In this document: piece by piece, positions 44,651 to 55,111 of the stretch
How the letters are laid out: every line of letters starts with the position of its first letter
Numbering within the stretch: the stretch's first letter is position 1
Assembly (NCBI GenBank): GCA_041690295.1
Contig: JAWLHR010000005.1
Location: 32,001-96,000, forward strand
Direction: 5' to 3'
Length of the DNA stretch: 64,000 nt
Source of the DNA: Bdellovibrionales bacterium
GTDB taxonomy: Bacteria > Bdellovibrionota > Bdellovibrionia > Bdellovibrionales > UBA1609
The notes under the pieces: model-generated
Told to the model about the DNA's origin: nothing
Databases searched by the model: none
The model's input: the letters and a program-made list of their open reading frames with translations, nothing else
Translations under genes and position numbers: made by a program

Positions 44651-44712
44651 AAGCATTGAAATTAGAGCCCGGAAATTAGGCAATTTAAGGGCGAAAGGCA
44701 ACAGCCTTTTTC

Positions 44713-45330
44713 TTAGAATTCGTAATTGAAACTCACGCTCAATCTGGGCTTGGCGCCCCGGTGAGGGGGAACCTCGTGGCGGAGCCAGCTTTCAAATAAA
44801 ATAAACTCGCCCGCCCGCGGCTTAATGGTGATGTAGTTCCGCTCGTTCATAGGGGCGTCCGCCCGGCGCGGAGGACTGTTCATCATGAACGGGAGACGGG
44901 GATCCTCGATTTTGAACGGACTCGATTGCGCGGGAACGTAAACGTAATAAACCCCACTTAAAACGCTCAAGGGATGGCTGTGCAAGGTGTGATGACAAGA
45001 AGGCCCCATGGAGTTCGCCCAGCAAGTCGTCATCTTGAGTTTACGTCCAAGAAGGTCCCAGTTAAGGCGCTCCGCGAACTTGCGCACATACGGGCGTAAT
45101 AACTTTTCCAGTTCGGCGAAATAGGGTGAAGTGTGATGAAGTTGCGTGAGCGACGAGTAGGACGAGTAGCCGCCGGCGTAATTCTCTTTGCTCCACTGTC
45201 GTCCGGCTTTGTCGATTTCAGGAAGGATCGCGATTTCCCGCATTAGTTCGCGATTTAGCCGACGTGTGCGATCACCGAGATGTCCGCGGCAGATGAAAGT
45301 GGGGAATACATTTTCAATTTTCGCAGGCAT
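44713..45330 (-). CDS. TIGR02466-like putative 2OG-Fe(II) oxygenase
   Basis: GYSSYSS, WAN, HSHP..LSGVYY, FESWLRHEV, RLSVSFN. Confidence 0.88.
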   Translation of the reverse strand: MPAKIENVFPTFICRGHLGDRTRRLNRELMREIAILPEIDKAGRQWSKENYAGGYSSYSSLTQLHHTSPYFAELEKLLRPYVRKFAERLNWDLLGRKLKMTTCWANSMGPSCHHTLHSHPLSVLSGVYYVYVPAQSSPFKIEDPRLPFMMNSPPRRADAPMNERNYITIKPRAGEFILFESWLRHEVPPHRGAKPRLSVSFNYEF

Positions 45331-45428
45331 AAAATTCCGCGTTCAACTCAGTTTGAAAAATGATTGCCAAAAATAGTCCAGTCCATTTGAATACACATTA
45401 CATATCACAATTCGGATGAGGTGCAGCC

Positions 45429-46448
45429 ATGAAGGTTATTTTTTTATTTATCATCACTTTGATTTCCACGCCAAGCTTCGCCACCATGGCCCTTCCGGAC
45501 CAGCCGCCCATTCCGGCGGATAATCCCATGACGCCGGAGAAAATCGAGCTCGGCAAACAACTTTATTTTGATCCGCGCCTTTCCATATCCGGTACGGTCT
45601 CCTGTAATTCCTGCCACAACGTCATGGCCGGCGGTGATGACAATCGCAATTTTTCGGTCGGCATCAAAGGCTTGCTCGGCGATCGGAGTTCACCCACGGT
45701 GTGGAACGCGGCTTTTCAAACGGTGCAGTTCTGGGATGGTCGCGCCGCCAGTTTGGAAGAGCAGGCGAAAGGCCCGCTGATCAATCCGGTTGAAATGGGT
45801 ATGAAAGATCACAAGCAGGTGACCACCGAACGGATCGCTAAAATTCCCGGTTACCAAAAGCAGTTCAAAAAAGTTTTCGGTGGCAAAATCACGATCGACA
45901 ACGTGGCCAAGGCCATTGCCGCTTATGAGCGCACCTTGATCACGCCGAATTCGCCGTTTGATCGCTATATTAAAGGCGATAAAAAGGCCATGTCCAAAGC
46001 CGCCATCGAAGGTTATGAGACGTTTCAAAAGGTGGGCTGTGTGGCTTGCCACCAAGGGGTTAACTTCTCAGGGCCCCAGCTGGCCATGGGAACGGGATTT
46101 TATCAGAAGTTCCCTCTTTTTCCCGACGCTGATTTGGAAAAGAAGTACGGTTTCAGCAAGGATTTAGGACGGGCCAAACACACTGGAAAAGATGAGGATA
46201 AAGGATTTTTCCGTGTGCCCACTCTTCGCAACATTGCTTTGACCGCGCCGTATTTCCATAACGGCTCGGTCTATTCCCTTGAAGAAGCGGTCACGATCAT
46301 GGCCAAGCTTCAGTTGAACAAGAAGTTGAGCCGCAAAGAGGCGAAGTCCATCGCCACCTTCTTAACCGAAGGGCTCACCGGTGAATTCCCGCCGCAGACC
46401 ATGCCCCGATTGCCCGAAACGCCCGGGGTGGCTTTGAAGGTGGAGTGA
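45429..46448 (+). CDS. di-heme cytochrome c peroxidase
   Basis: CNSCH and CVACH, QFWDGRA..LEEQ, NPVEM, PTLRNIALTAPYFHNG. Confidence 0.93.
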   Translation: MKVIFLFIITLISTPSFATMALPDQPPIPADNPMTPEKIELGKQLYFDPRLSISGTVSCNSCHNVMAGGDDNRNFSVGIKGLLGDRSSPTVWNAAFQTVQFWDGRAASLEEQAKGPLINPVEMGMKDHKQVTTERIAKIPGYQKQFKKVFGGKITIDNVAKAIAAYERTLITPNSPFDRYIKGDKKAMSKAAIEGYETFQKVGCVACHQGVNFSGPQLAMGTGFYQKFPLFPDADLEKKYGFSKDLGRAKHTGKDEDKGFFRVPTLRNIALTAPYFHNGSVYSLEEAVTIMAKLQLNKKLSRKEAKSIATFLTEGLTGEFPPQTMPRLPETPGVALKVE

Positions 46449-47333
46449 TTCCCCGTTGAGATAAGCTTCCGCGATCAGCCGCCGGTCCGCTTCGGTTTCC
46501 CGATCCGGGAAGTTGATGCGGAAGGCGGCGGCTCTCACATCCTGGTCCAGATTCCACAAAGAGAACAGCCGTACGCTCCAATCGTCAAACTCCGCATCCA
46601 CGTTCAATGTGGTTCGTTTGAACGCGGTCAAGACGATGGCTTTGAGGTACTTGAGCAGGTGGACGGGATGGGAATTCATATCGGACATCAGATAATCGAG
46701 TTCAGTTTGGAATTGTGAATCTTTTTTGAACCGATCAAAGAGGCCGTTTTCGATGGCCAATCTCAGCTGATTGAAAAACCGAATTTGGCCGAGATAGGTC
46801 GCGCCGAAAAATTTATGGGCGTGTTCCAGATCGTGAAGGAGAAAGTGGTAAGCATTCGGGTGGCGTCCGATCGGCTCGAATTGCTCTTCCCATTCGATGT
46901 GCATGGTCGCCACCCGCTCTCCACGGCATTGAATGTCGAGCATCTCCCGCGGTGTCGGGCGATCCGTTCGAAATTGTAGTTTATAATGCGATTGCAGCCA
47001 GCCGAGCAAACCCAAGGCTGAATCTTCGCGAACTCCCTTGAGCTGAAAACTTTCGAGCAGCTCCACATAGTCTTTGAGTGGTTCCACCTTTTGCTTTTGT
47101 TTGGGGTGAAGTGGAATTCCCAGTTGTTCCAGTCGGCAAACAAGTCCGGCGCTTGCCGAGGTTTGAGAGGAATTCCGTCGTCGACTGCCGAGCCAGGAGT
47201 TTCCATGGGCCAGAAAGCCATGCAATAAGACAAACTCACACGCCGTGCGAGCGCCCAAGCGCTTGCCGTTTTGCTTATCAATTCGGCAATTCAGCAAGTA
47301 ATCGGCGAGTTTCTTTTCTGCTGCAGAATTCAT
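46362..47333 (-). CDS. hypothetical protein with His/Asp/Glu-rich putative metal site
   Basis: 323-aa ORF; LLHDLEHAHKF, SDMNSH; 3' end overlaps the ccp 3' end by 87 nt. Confidence 0.7.
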   Translation of the reverse strand: MNSAAEKKLADYLLNCRIDKQNGKRLGARTACEFVLLHGFLAHGNSWLGSRRRNSSQTSASAGLVCRLEQLGIPLHPKQKQKVEPLKDYVELLESFQLKGVREDSALGLLGWLQSHYKLQFRTDRPTPREMLDIQCRGERVATMHIEWEEQFEPIGRHPNAYHFLLHDLEHAHKFFGATYLGQIRFFNQLRLAIENGLFDRFKKDSQFQTELDYLMSDMNSHPVHLLKYLKAIVLTAFKRTTLNVDAEFDDWSVRLFSLWNLDQDVRAAAFRINFPDRETEADRRLIAEAYLNGESLHLQSHPGRFGQSGHGLRREFTGEPFG

Positions 47334-47420
47334 CAGAGCCTATACTTCCTTCTAAACGCTCCAAGTCAATCGGGGAATTTATGCAAAAACTTCAGTTAAT
47401 GTGACCAATAAATTCAAATT

Positions 47421-47445
47421 TAAATCCTTGAATTCATAGGAGTTA
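47421..47445. promoter_or_regulatory. IHF-like site
   Basis: TAAATCCTTGAATTCATAGGAGTTA; minus strand ATTCAAGGATTTA is one mismatch from WATCAANNNNTTR; about 30-50 bp upstream of a sigma54 motif. Confidence 0.45.
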
Positions 47446-47473
47446 ACACCCCGTTTATAAACTGGAACCAAAT

Positions 47474-47489
47474 TGGAACCATTATTGCT
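47474..47489 (+). promoter_or_regulatory. sigma54 -24/-12 motif
   Basis: TGGAACCATTATTGCT; TGGAACCA is also repeated 11 nt upstream. Confidence 0.6.
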
Positions 47490-47549
47490 CCAAGAATTTC
47501 ACATATCTAAACGCATCATGGATCGATGCCAATCAAGGAGGGGGACTGT

Positions 47550-48326
47550 ATGCCTCGCAGGCATCTCGCGCTACTCAGCTTTTTATTCTTTTTGGCCAGT
47601 AGTGCCCAAGGGGAAGAAATAAAGACGACCTATAATATCGGTGGTTCGCACGCATTGGTGACCACCAAGGTTCTTAAAGCTTCGTCCGAGACGGAAAAGC
47701 TTCTGCAAAGCTTTTTGTTTCCGAAACTGGCTGAAAAATTAAGAGCTTTTCCAATGGTCACGGGCATCGAGTTCAACGATGCGATCAAACCGGAAACCAC
47801 CAGCAACGAATGGGCCGACTTTTGGGAACACCAGCGCAATTATCCGGTGATGGTGCATCTCTCGCTCCCGACATCGATCACCATGATGTTTAAAGTCGAA
47901 GAAAGTTACCGCACCTGTAAGACGGTGGCGGAAAAGGAATCCAAAGCCACGTCACCGGGGTACTCCGATTATGATGGCGGAGGAACGGGCCAGACGGTGG
48001 ATTGCACGCGGAACTCTAAAGTGAAGATCACCGGCCCGCATTCCATTTACGGCAATTTCGCCAGCAGTTTGAATATTCAGGACCTTTTGCGCGAGAAACA
48101 AAACATTGAATACACCATCGAGCGGGATTGGTCGGACAAAGCCAATCTGAAACTCGATGCCCGGTTCAACATTCAGTCCGAACTCTTTGATCAAAACCTG
48201 ATGAAATTTTTGAATGCCTTAAATGTTAAGCCCGCGGGCGGCGAATCCGTCGCTTCACGGGTCAGCATCTTGAGCGGGATCGCCCGCGTTCTGCGCGTGC
48301 AGAACGAAAGGATGGTGGAACAATGA
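47550..48326 (+). CDS. hypothetical secreted protein
   Basis: GGAGG RBS, signal peptide ending SAQG; ATGA-coupled to the subtilase. Confidence 0.78.
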   Translation: MPRRHLALLSFLFFLASSAQGEEIKTTYNIGGSHALVTTKVLKASSETEKLLQSFLFPKLAEKLRAFPMVTGIEFNDAIKPETTSNEWADFWEHQRNYPVMVHLSLPTSITMMFKVEESYRTCKTVAEKESKATSPGYSDYDGGGTGQTVDCTRNSKVKITGPHSIYGNFASSLNIQDLLREKQNIEYTIERDWSDKANLKLDARFNIQSELFDQNLMKFLNALNVKPAGGESVASRVSILSGIARVLRVQNERMVEQ

Positions 48327-50239
48327 AACAATCAATCCGACTGATTCTCGCGGGCGCTTTGGTTTTCGCGGGCGCGGCTTGTACGAAAGTCAAATCCGCG
48401 AAGCCCCAAAAAATTTCGTCGTCCAAATATGTGGCCAATGAATTCATCTTTTCCGGTAATCAAGAAACGGTCGCCAAATACCTCACGGATCAGGGGCTTC
48501 AGGCGAAGTTCGAACTTCTGGATGCGGAAGACGGATTTTACCATGTGAAAGTCGAAGGTGATGCCGACGTGGAGCAAATCCTTTCGGATTTGAAAGGGAT
48601 CACCCGCTCAGTGGAGCCGAACTGGTATGTGCATCCCATCGCTTCGATTCGTAAAGCCGAGTGGCCGACCGACAAGTTGTTCTTCAAACAGTGGGCGCTC
48701 AACAATATCGGACAATCCGCACCCTATGGTCTTCCAGGTGTGCGTGGTGCCGATATGGACGTGATCCGGGTTTGGAACAATGTCACCAAAGGCTCGGATG
48801 AAATCGTGGTCGCGGTGATCGATACGGGCTGTGACGTCACTCACCCTGATTTGAAAGACAATATTTGGGTGAACACCAAGGAATCGCCGGCTCACGGCGG
48901 GATCCCGGGTAAAGACGACGACGGTAACGGCTACATCGACGATGTCTATGGATATGACTTCGTATCCAGCGGTCGGACGTCCTTTAAGGGTTTTCCCGGT
49001 GACAGCGAGGCCTTCGATGACAGTGGACACGGCACTCACTGCGCCGGAAGCATCGGCGCCCAGCCGAACAACGCCATCGGTATCGCCGGTCTGAACTGGA
49101 AAGTGAAAATCATGTGCGTGCGCTTTCTCAGCGACATGGGCGGAACTTCGGTGGATGCGTTCCGCGCGGTCCGCTATGCGCGGGAAAACGGCGCGCACAT
49201 TATGTCGAACTCCTGGGGTGGAACCAGTGACGAATCCGAGTTATTCAAATCCGAATTGCGGAAAGCGGAGCGCCAGGGGATCTTGTTCGTCGCGGCGGCC
49301 GGTAATAACGGAACAAACAATGATATTCAGCCGCACTATCCTTCCAACCTGAGCAACGCCGAATATCGCGGTCAAAAATTCACCAACGTCATTTCGGTGG
49401 CGGCGAGTGATAACATGGACGCGCCGGCGGACTTTACGAACTACGGCCATGAGACGGTGGACATTTTCGCGCCCGGTGTGGCGATCGTGAGTACCTATCC
49501 GCAAAACCTGACGCCGGAAGGACGTCCGCCTTACGCGATCATGTCGGGAACGTCCATGGCGGCGCCCTATGTGGCGGGTGTGGCCGCGTTGATGATGGCG
49601 GCGAATCCGGCATTGAAGGGAAAGCCCGCGGAAGTCATCCGGTTGATCAATGAAACCGCCGACGTCAAAGACACGATGATCGGAAAGGTGCGCTCGAACG
49701 GCCGGATCAATGCGTATAAAGCCGTCACGGCCCAGCTCGACGGCCCCAAGCCGCCCGAAGTTTGGCGGACCAAGCAACATGTCATCGATCAGCGGGGTTT
49801 CCAGACCGAGTTGGTGGACATTCGGCACGAAATTAAAGTGGAAGGCGCGAAGTCCATTAAGGTGCATTTCGATTTCTTACAAATCGATGAGCCTTACGAC
49901 AGCGTTTACCTCTACGACAAAAATCTCCGTCTGGTCGCGCGAATCGAACAGAACCTGGTGGATGACTTCTGGTCGCCGGCCATTCCTGGCGACACGGTTT
50001 ACGTGCGATTCGTGAATTCCTGGTTGCAGCAGGTGACCCGCAATCCGTTCCAGGCTCGTTCCGAGGCGGATTGTGTCAGTCGCGGCGCCGTGCGGATCGA
50101 GAAAATCGGCGAAACGTACAATTGCGAAGTGGATTCCGAAAACAGCTCTTCGAACGGCGGATCCAAAAAATACTACTCGTTCAATTCGGAAGGTTTCCGG
50201 ATCGATCAGGTGGCTTACTTAGAAGGAAAGGAAGACTAG
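48323..50239 (+). CDS. S8 subtilase lipoprotein with pro-region and C-terminal beta (CUB-like) domain
   Basis: VAVIDTG, GHGTHCAG, AAAGN, SGTSMAAP; GAAC lipobox. Confidence 0.95.
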   Translation: MKQSIRLILAGALVFAGAACTKVKSAKPQKISSSKYVANEFIFSGNQETVAKYLTDQGLQAKFELLDAEDGFYHVKVEGDADVEQILSDLKGITRSVEPNWYVHPIASIRKAEWPTDKLFFKQWALNNIGQSAPYGLPGVRGADMDVIRVWNNVTKGSDEIVVAVIDTGCDVTHPDLKDNIWVNTKESPAHGGIPGKDDDGNGYIDDVYGYDFVSSGRTSFKGFPGDSEAFDDSGHGTHCAGSIGAQPNNAIGIAGLNWKVKIMCVRFLSDMGGTSVDAFRAVRYARENGAHIMSNSWGGTSDESELFKSELRKAERQGILFVAAAGNNGTNNDIQPHYPSNLSNAEYRGQKFTNVISVAASDNMDAPADFTNYGHETVDIFAPGVAIVSTYPQNLTPEGRPPYAIMSGTSMAAPYVAGVAALMMAANPALKGKPAEVIRLINETADVKDTMIGKVRSNGRINAYKAVTAQLDGPKPPEVWRTKQHVIDQRGFQTELVDIRHEIKVEGAKSIKVHFDFLQIDEPYDSVYLYDKNLRLVARIEQNLVDDFWSPAIPGDTVYVRFVNSWLQQVTRNPFQARSEADCVSRGAVRIEKIGETYNCEVDSENSSSNGGSKKYYSFNSEGFRIDQVAYLEGKED

Positions 50240-50240
50240 T

Positions 50241-51401
50241 ATGACTCAGTTAACCCGATGCGCTCTGATCGTATCCCTGGCTTGGCTGGTCACCGGTTGC
50301 ACCGAGATCGTGATCCTCTTTAAACCCCGGCCGCAAATTGATCCCATGCCGAAGACCACGGCCTGCTCCACCACTGAAGAAAAGGATCCCAAAGCTGGAG
50401 AGCAGTGGACTCTCCCACACTTGGGAATCACGGATGAAGTGTTGCAGTCCGGATTGATCGCGGGAAACGCCAACGTGCGGATCGCCCTGCTTTCGACCGG
50501 TGTGGACTACAATCACGAAGATCTCTGCGGGCAAATCGAAATCAATAAAAATGAGATCACGCAAAAAGCCGTGGGTGACCGGGCGGACGTGAATCAGAAA
50601 GATGATGATAAAAACGGCCTGGTCGACGATGTCGTGGGCTATGATGTCGTTGAGGGTGACGGCTTCGCCTATGATCGGCACGGCGCCGGTACGGCGGCGG
50701 CGGGAATCATCGCCGCGAATCAGCGGAACGGCGTCGGCATCACGGGGCTCATGAAAAATGTGACGCTCTTGCCGGTTCGTTACATTGATGCCAACGGGCA
50801 GACCAATGTGGGGAATTTGGCGGGCGCTTTGGATGCCGCGCTCAAATTGCGGCCGCACGTGATTTATCTGCAAACCGCTCAATTGCAGCTGGGCGGTCAT
50901 CGTCAGGAACCGGAGTTGATCCGGCAGGAGTTGTCCATTCTGAAAAGTTATCTTGACCGCGTGCGGGACGCCAAAATTCCGGTGATCGTCGGCGCGGGAG
51001 ACGACATGGGCCAATTCGGCTCGTCGGAAATGGATAAGCTGCTTAAGAGCTACGAGAACATTTTGATTGTCACGGCCATCGACAAAGACGGGCGACGGAC
51101 GTTGCTGGCGAACTCGCATTCGCAGGATGTATTGATCGCGGCTCCAGGAGAGGACGTCTTAACTCTTAAACCCGGCAACGGATACACGAAAGTCAGCGGA
51201 ACCGCCTACGCGGCGGCTCATCTGGCGGCGGCCGTGGGACTGGCGCGAGCCATTCTGGCGGATCGATTGGATGTGAATAAGGTGGTCAGCACCTTGATTT
51301 CAAGTCGCGGCAGCGAACCGGACGTGGGACTCGAGCGTGACACTCGCGGGGGTACTCGACTCCATTTGGTTAAATTCTTAACGGAGATCCGAAATCCTTA
51401 A
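50241..51401 (+). CDS. S8 subtilase homolog lacking the catalytic triad (pseudoprotease), lipoprotein
   Basis: IALLSTG, HGAGTAAAG, VGAGD, SGTAYAAA; VTGC lipobox; intact ORF. Confidence 0.85.
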   Translation: MTQLTRCALIVSLAWLVTGCTEIVILFKPRPQIDPMPKTTACSTTEEKDPKAGEQWTLPHLGITDEVLQSGLIAGNANVRIALLSTGVDYNHEDLCGQIEINKNEITQKAVGDRADVNQKDDDKNGLVDDVVGYDVVEGDGFAYDRHGAGTAAAGIIAANQRNGVGITGLMKNVTLLPVRYIDANGQTNVGNLAGALDAALKLRPHVIYLQTAQLQLGGHRQEPELIRQELSILKSYLDRVRDAKIPVIVGAGDDMGQFGSSEMDKLLKSYENILIVTAIDKDGRRTLLANSHSQDVLIAAPGEDVLTLKPGNGYTKVSGTAYAAAHLAAAVGLARAILADRLDVNKVVSTLISSRGSEPDVGLERDTRGGTRLHLVKFLTEIRNP

Positions 51402-52255
51402 CTGAGGGGGACGGTTAAGGATATTGATCTTGGTCTGATAAAGGCCAATGTCCTCGAGCGGTAGGTGAAAGAGAGCGAATAGCTCTCCAAAGCCAACCGC
51501 TCGTGGACGTAATTTTTTGTGGAACCATAGAGGACATCACCAAGGATCGGCGCGCCCAGCGCCGCCAATTGGGCTCGGATTTGATGGGTTTTCCCGGTCT
51601 CCAAAGAAATTCTCTGACAATAACCAAAAGGATGAGTTTCGCTGGCTTCGATGATGAGACGGCATTCCCACCAACCTTCGCGTGGAGCAAACGAATACTC
51701 TCGGGGCACCCGGGTTTCAGGATTCAAATACAAGACGTATTCTCCCCGAGAAACGGGTGAGGCCGTGATCGCGTGGTAGATTTTTTGGACTTTGCGGTGG
51801 CTAAAGAGCCGATTGAGGTGCGTCTGCGTGGATTTGGATTTGGCGAACAGTAAAAGTCCTTGAGTGGGAATATCCAGGCGATGGGTTGAGTAAATGGGAA
51901 TTTTGAGTTCGTTTTCGAGCAGATGTTTCGCGTTTTCGAGGTAATTATCGAGTGTGGCATGAACGGGTAAGCCCGCGGGTTTATCGAAGACCAGAAGGTC
52001 GTCGTCCTCGTACACGATCCGGTCACGTAAGTCGCACGGTTCCCAATGGTAACGCTTCGGTTGGCTGTGAACCCGGATCACTTGTCCAGGTTCGACGTTC
52101 AGGTCAAATCTTTGTCTGACTCCATTGACGTAAATCGCGCCCCAATGCAGCCACTCCTGAACCTTTTCGGGCGGATATCCAATGGATTGCAATGTCGCCA
52201 CTAAGCGGCCGGATTCAGAGACCAGATGATGATGAATACGATCGGCGGAGGTCAC
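51398..52255 (-). CDS. RluA/RluD family pseudouridine synthase
   Basis: DKPAGLPVH, HRLD..T.G, TGKTHQIR, GD..YG; GTGA overlap with the upstream stop. Confidence 0.92.
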   Translation of the reverse strand: MTSADRIHHHLVSESGRLVATLQSIGYPPEKVQEWLHWGAIYVNGVRQRFDLNVEPGQVIRVHSQPKRYHWEPCDLRDRIVYEDDDLLVFDKPAGLPVHATLDNYLENAKHLLENELKIPIYSTHRLDIPTQGLLLFAKSKSTQTHLNRLFSHRKVQKIYHAITASPVSRGEYVLYLNPETRVPREYSFAPREGWWECRLIIEASETHPFGYCQRISLETGKTHQIRAQLAALGAPILGDVLYGSTKNYVHERLALESYSLSFTYRSRTLAFIRPRSISLTVPLS

Positions 52256-52737
52256 CGGCTTTGAGTGAACGATACGCTTTGTCCGCGGGTTTCCTCGACT
52301 CGAACCGTGATCGCGGTCCATGACGGAATCTCCTCAAGTGATTGCATCATCCGGAGGCAGATATAGCGCGCGAGTTCCTCACTGGTCACATTCACGATCG
52401 GAAGACGGAGGCAATCCTCTTCGGGAAAACTATAGGTTTTATGGGCGAATCGAACGTCCACTTGCCCGTCCGAAGCTTTCAGCCGCAGATAGGGAGATTT
52501 TTCCGGAAGAAGGATGCGTTCGTCCAATTCATCACAGATCATCTTGATTCTGGGCTTAACGGCATTGAAGTCAAAGGCCATGCCCAGTTTCGGTTCGATT
52601 TCGGACAATTGGATGTCCACCGTCATTTGATAATTGTGGCCGTGAAGTCGTTCCGCGTGGCGTTCCGAAAGAATCGTGAAGTGCGAGCAGGAAAATTTGA
52701 ATGGTTCTTTGGCCAAATGAACGGTGAACATGATCAC
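52252..52737 (-). CDS. 6-pyruvoyl-tetrahydropterin synthase family (COG0720), PTPS-III-type motif
   Basis: [15 protein letters not shown] (ExLHGH, no Cys), DF, TSEELA, VEET. Confidence 0.85.
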   Translation of the reverse strand: MIMFTVHLAKEPFKFSCSHFTILSERHAERLHGHNYQMTVDIQLSEIEPKLGMAFDFNAVKPRIKMICDELDERILLPEKSPYLRLKASDGQVDVRFAHKTYSFPEEDCLRLPIVNVTSEELARYICLRMMQSLEEIPSWTAITVRVEETRGQSVSFTQSR

Positions 52738-53408
52738 CTTGAGTTTTCAATGGAGAGAAATTCTTGTCGTGTCCGCAAATCCTCTCGGAAGGCGCCCCTT
52801 AAGTCACTGGTCACGGTTTCGGACGCGGCGTCTTCGACTCCGCGCTGGATCACGCAGTAGTGCTTGGCGCGGATGCAAACCGCGACGTCTTCGGTCTCCA
52901 AAGCCACCGTAAGGCAGTCGGCGATCTGTTTGGTCAGTCGCTCCTGCACCTGCGGACGCTGGGCGAAGAACTTGGCGATGCGGTTGATTTTCGAAAGGCC
53001 GATCACTTTGTTCTTCGGAATATAGGCGATGGTGGCCCGGCCATCGATGGTGACGAAATGGTGTTCGCAAACCGAAACGATGGAAACGTCTTTCACCGCC
53101 ACCATCTCATTGTAGCCGAGCTTATTCTCGATGCTGGTGAGTTTGGGAAAATTGGCCGGATCCAGCCCCGAAAAAATCTCTTTCACGTACATACGGGCCA
53201 CCCGCTCGGGGGTTTCCTGAAGACTGTCATCGCTTAAATCAAGGCCCAGGGTTTTCATAATCTCGCGAAAGTGACCGGCGATCTTTTGAATGCGGTCCTC
53301 CGTGGTCATGGCGTTTTCAATCATCGGCGTGGGATGGACTTTTGCGAGAAGTTGCTGAACGTAAGGGTCGATCTTAGACACGAGAAGCCTGCCTTGATTT
53401 GCGTGCAT
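52734..53408 (-). CDS. folE: GTP cyclohydrolase I
   Basis: [33 protein letters not shown]...RG. Real start may be GTG 53381. Confidence 0.97.
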   Translation of the reverse strand: MHANQGRLLVSKIDPYVQQLLAKVHPTPMIENAMTTEDRIQKIAGHFREIMKTLGLDLSDDSLQETPERVARMYVKEIFSGLDPANFPKLTSIENKLGYNEMVAVKDVSIVSVCEHHFVTIDGRATIAYIPKNKVIGLSKINRIAKFFAQRPQVQERLTKQIADCLTVALETEDVAVCIRAKHYCVIQRGVEDAASETVTSDLRGAFREDLRTRQEFLSIENSR

Positions 53409-54426
53409 AGGTAATTGAGGAAACCACGGAAAGACCGATCAGAATCGCGCCGATCAGTCCCGTAACGACTTCAGGCACATGGATGACCACGTCCGCCAAC
53501 ATCATGACCGCCAGCGCGCCGATGGCATAAAAAGCGCCATGCTCAAGATAGCGGAACTGGCTGAGAGTTTCCTTTTCAACCAGGAGAATGGTCATGCTCC
53601 GCACGAACATGGCGCCGATACCAAGCCCCGCGGCGATGATGAAAAGATTATTTGTGAGTGCGAAAGCGCCGACCACACCGTCAAAACTGAACGACGCGTC
53701 CAGGATCTCAAGATAGAGAAACAAGGCGGCGCTGGCCTTTCCCATGTCATGGGAAGTGGATGTGGGCATTTTCAAAAGTGAACTGACACCATCCACTGTG
53801 ACGAAGGTTAAAACGCCGAAAATGCCCGCGGAGATGAAGGCCACTTGTTCCGACGGATCATGAAGAAACCGACTCATGCCATAAATCGTGAGCAGGCAGA
53901 TGGCCAACTCGGTGGATTCGATTTTGCCCATGCGAACCAGCGGTTGTTCGATGAGTTGAATCCAGTGGACATCTTTTTCGCGGTCAAAAAAGTATTTAAG
54001 CGCCACCATGAGCAAAAAGCTTCCGCCAAAGCCCGCCAACACGTGATGGGATGACAACATCACTTTGGCGTATTCATCGGGTCTGGTCGCCGCCAAAACC
54101 ACGGCATCCCACGGATTGACGTTGGCGATGATCGAAACGATGGCCACGGGAAAGACGATCCGCATGCCGAAGACCGCGATCAAAATTCCCCAAGTGATGA
54201 ATCGGTGCCGCCACTTCGGCGTCATTTCCCGCAAAATGGCCGCGTTCACTACGGCGTTGTCAAAAGAGAGTGAAACTTCAAGGATCGAAAGAATAAAGGT
54301 GAGAAACATGGCGGAGAGCGCCCCTTGAAGCGTCCCCGAATATAACCAGCCAACCCAGGCTCCAACGGCCAGTCCCAGTATTGTGACCGCAATCGAGCCG
54401 AGGAAATATTGTTTAACGATTTTCAC
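53374..54426 (-). CDS. DUF475 (TerC-related) integral membrane protein
   Basis: [44 protein letters not shown]. Confidence 0.92.
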   Translation of the reverse strand: MKIVKQYFLGSIAVTILGLAVGAWVGWLYSGTLQGALSAMFLTFILSILEVSLSFDNAVVNAAILREMTPKWRHRFITWGILIAVFGMRIVFPVAIVSIIANVNPWDAVVLAATRPDEYAKVMLSSHHVLAGFGGSFLLMVALKYFFDREKDVHWIQLIEQPLVRMGKIESTELAICLLTIYGMSRFLHDPSEQVAFISAGIFGVLTFVTVDGVSSLLKMPTSTSHDMGKASAALFLYLEILDASFSFDGVVGAFALTNNLFIIAAGLGIGAMFVRSMTILLVEKETLSQFRYLEHGAFYAIGALAVMMLADVVIHVPEVVTGLIGAILIGLSVVSSITYARKSRQASRV

Positions 54427-54469
54427 ATTTGGTATTTAAGCCAGCCCCATGACCTGGGCAAGCGCCTTT

Positions 54470-55111
54470 TCAACAGTTTTCGGCCATCAATTCAGTGATT
54501 TGACGATAGTGTTCCTCTTGAAATTTTTCGCTTTCGGTAAAATGGCCTCTGTACACCAAACGACCATCTTTTCCGAAAATAAGGGTGTACGGCACGGCCC
54601 GCCATCCCTTTAAAATCGGCTCTCGGGCCTTGTTTCGAGTGGCCACGAGTTCATAGTAAGTTTTGTCCAAAAAAACGATTTGCACGGATTCTAGGGGCAC
54701 GCCGAGGCTGATCAACTCCGTCCGCACGAACTCATCGAATGTCTTGCGGTTGTCGGTTCCCGGCCGTTTGTAAGCCACCAGCATGAGTTGCAGACGCTCG
54801 GTGTCCCAGGTTTTGCTGGTTAACAATGAACCGATACGGATGAGGTCTTCTTTGCAAAACGGGCAGGAAGCGCGGAAAAACCGAACCACCTGAATTTTTC
54901 CGGGCTCGGGCTTAAGATTGAAATGGCTCAGATCGGCGGCCGTCACGGGAGTGGCGCCGCAGGTTTTGTTAAATTCCGGCCTTGGATTTTCGGGCTTCGC
55001 CGATTTCGATGCACAGCCCGCCGCGATCAGACCGATGGCCATTACGCCCAATATTTTAGTAAAATGAAAAATGATCCCACCCACCTTTGCCAAATAGGTA
55101 AATTCGCCCAT
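54470..55111 (-). CDS. thioredoxin-fold (TlpA-like) lipoprotein
   Basis: IAAGC lipobox, SCPFC, VP...IFGKDG. Start uncertain (55042-55111). Confidence 0.75.
   Translation of the reverse strand: MGEFTYLAKVGGIIFHFTKILGVMAIGLIAAGCASKSAKPENPRPEFNKTCGATPVTAADLSHFNLKPEPGKIQVVRFFRASCPFCKEDLIRIGSLLTSKTWDTERLQLMLVAYKRPGTDNRKTFDEFVRTELISLGVPLESVQIVFLDKTYYELVATRNKAREPILKGWRAVPYTLIFGKDGRLVYRGHFTESEKFQEEHYRQITELMAENC

Noticed and set aside
50241..51401. Pseudogene call for the second subtilase
   Set aside because: Reading frame, lipobox and structural motifs are intact; treated as a pseudoenzyme instead.
52252..52737. queD / 7-deazaguanine DNA-modification cluster
   Set aside because: The catalytic Cys motif is absent, and no queC, queE, queF or dpdA is nearby.
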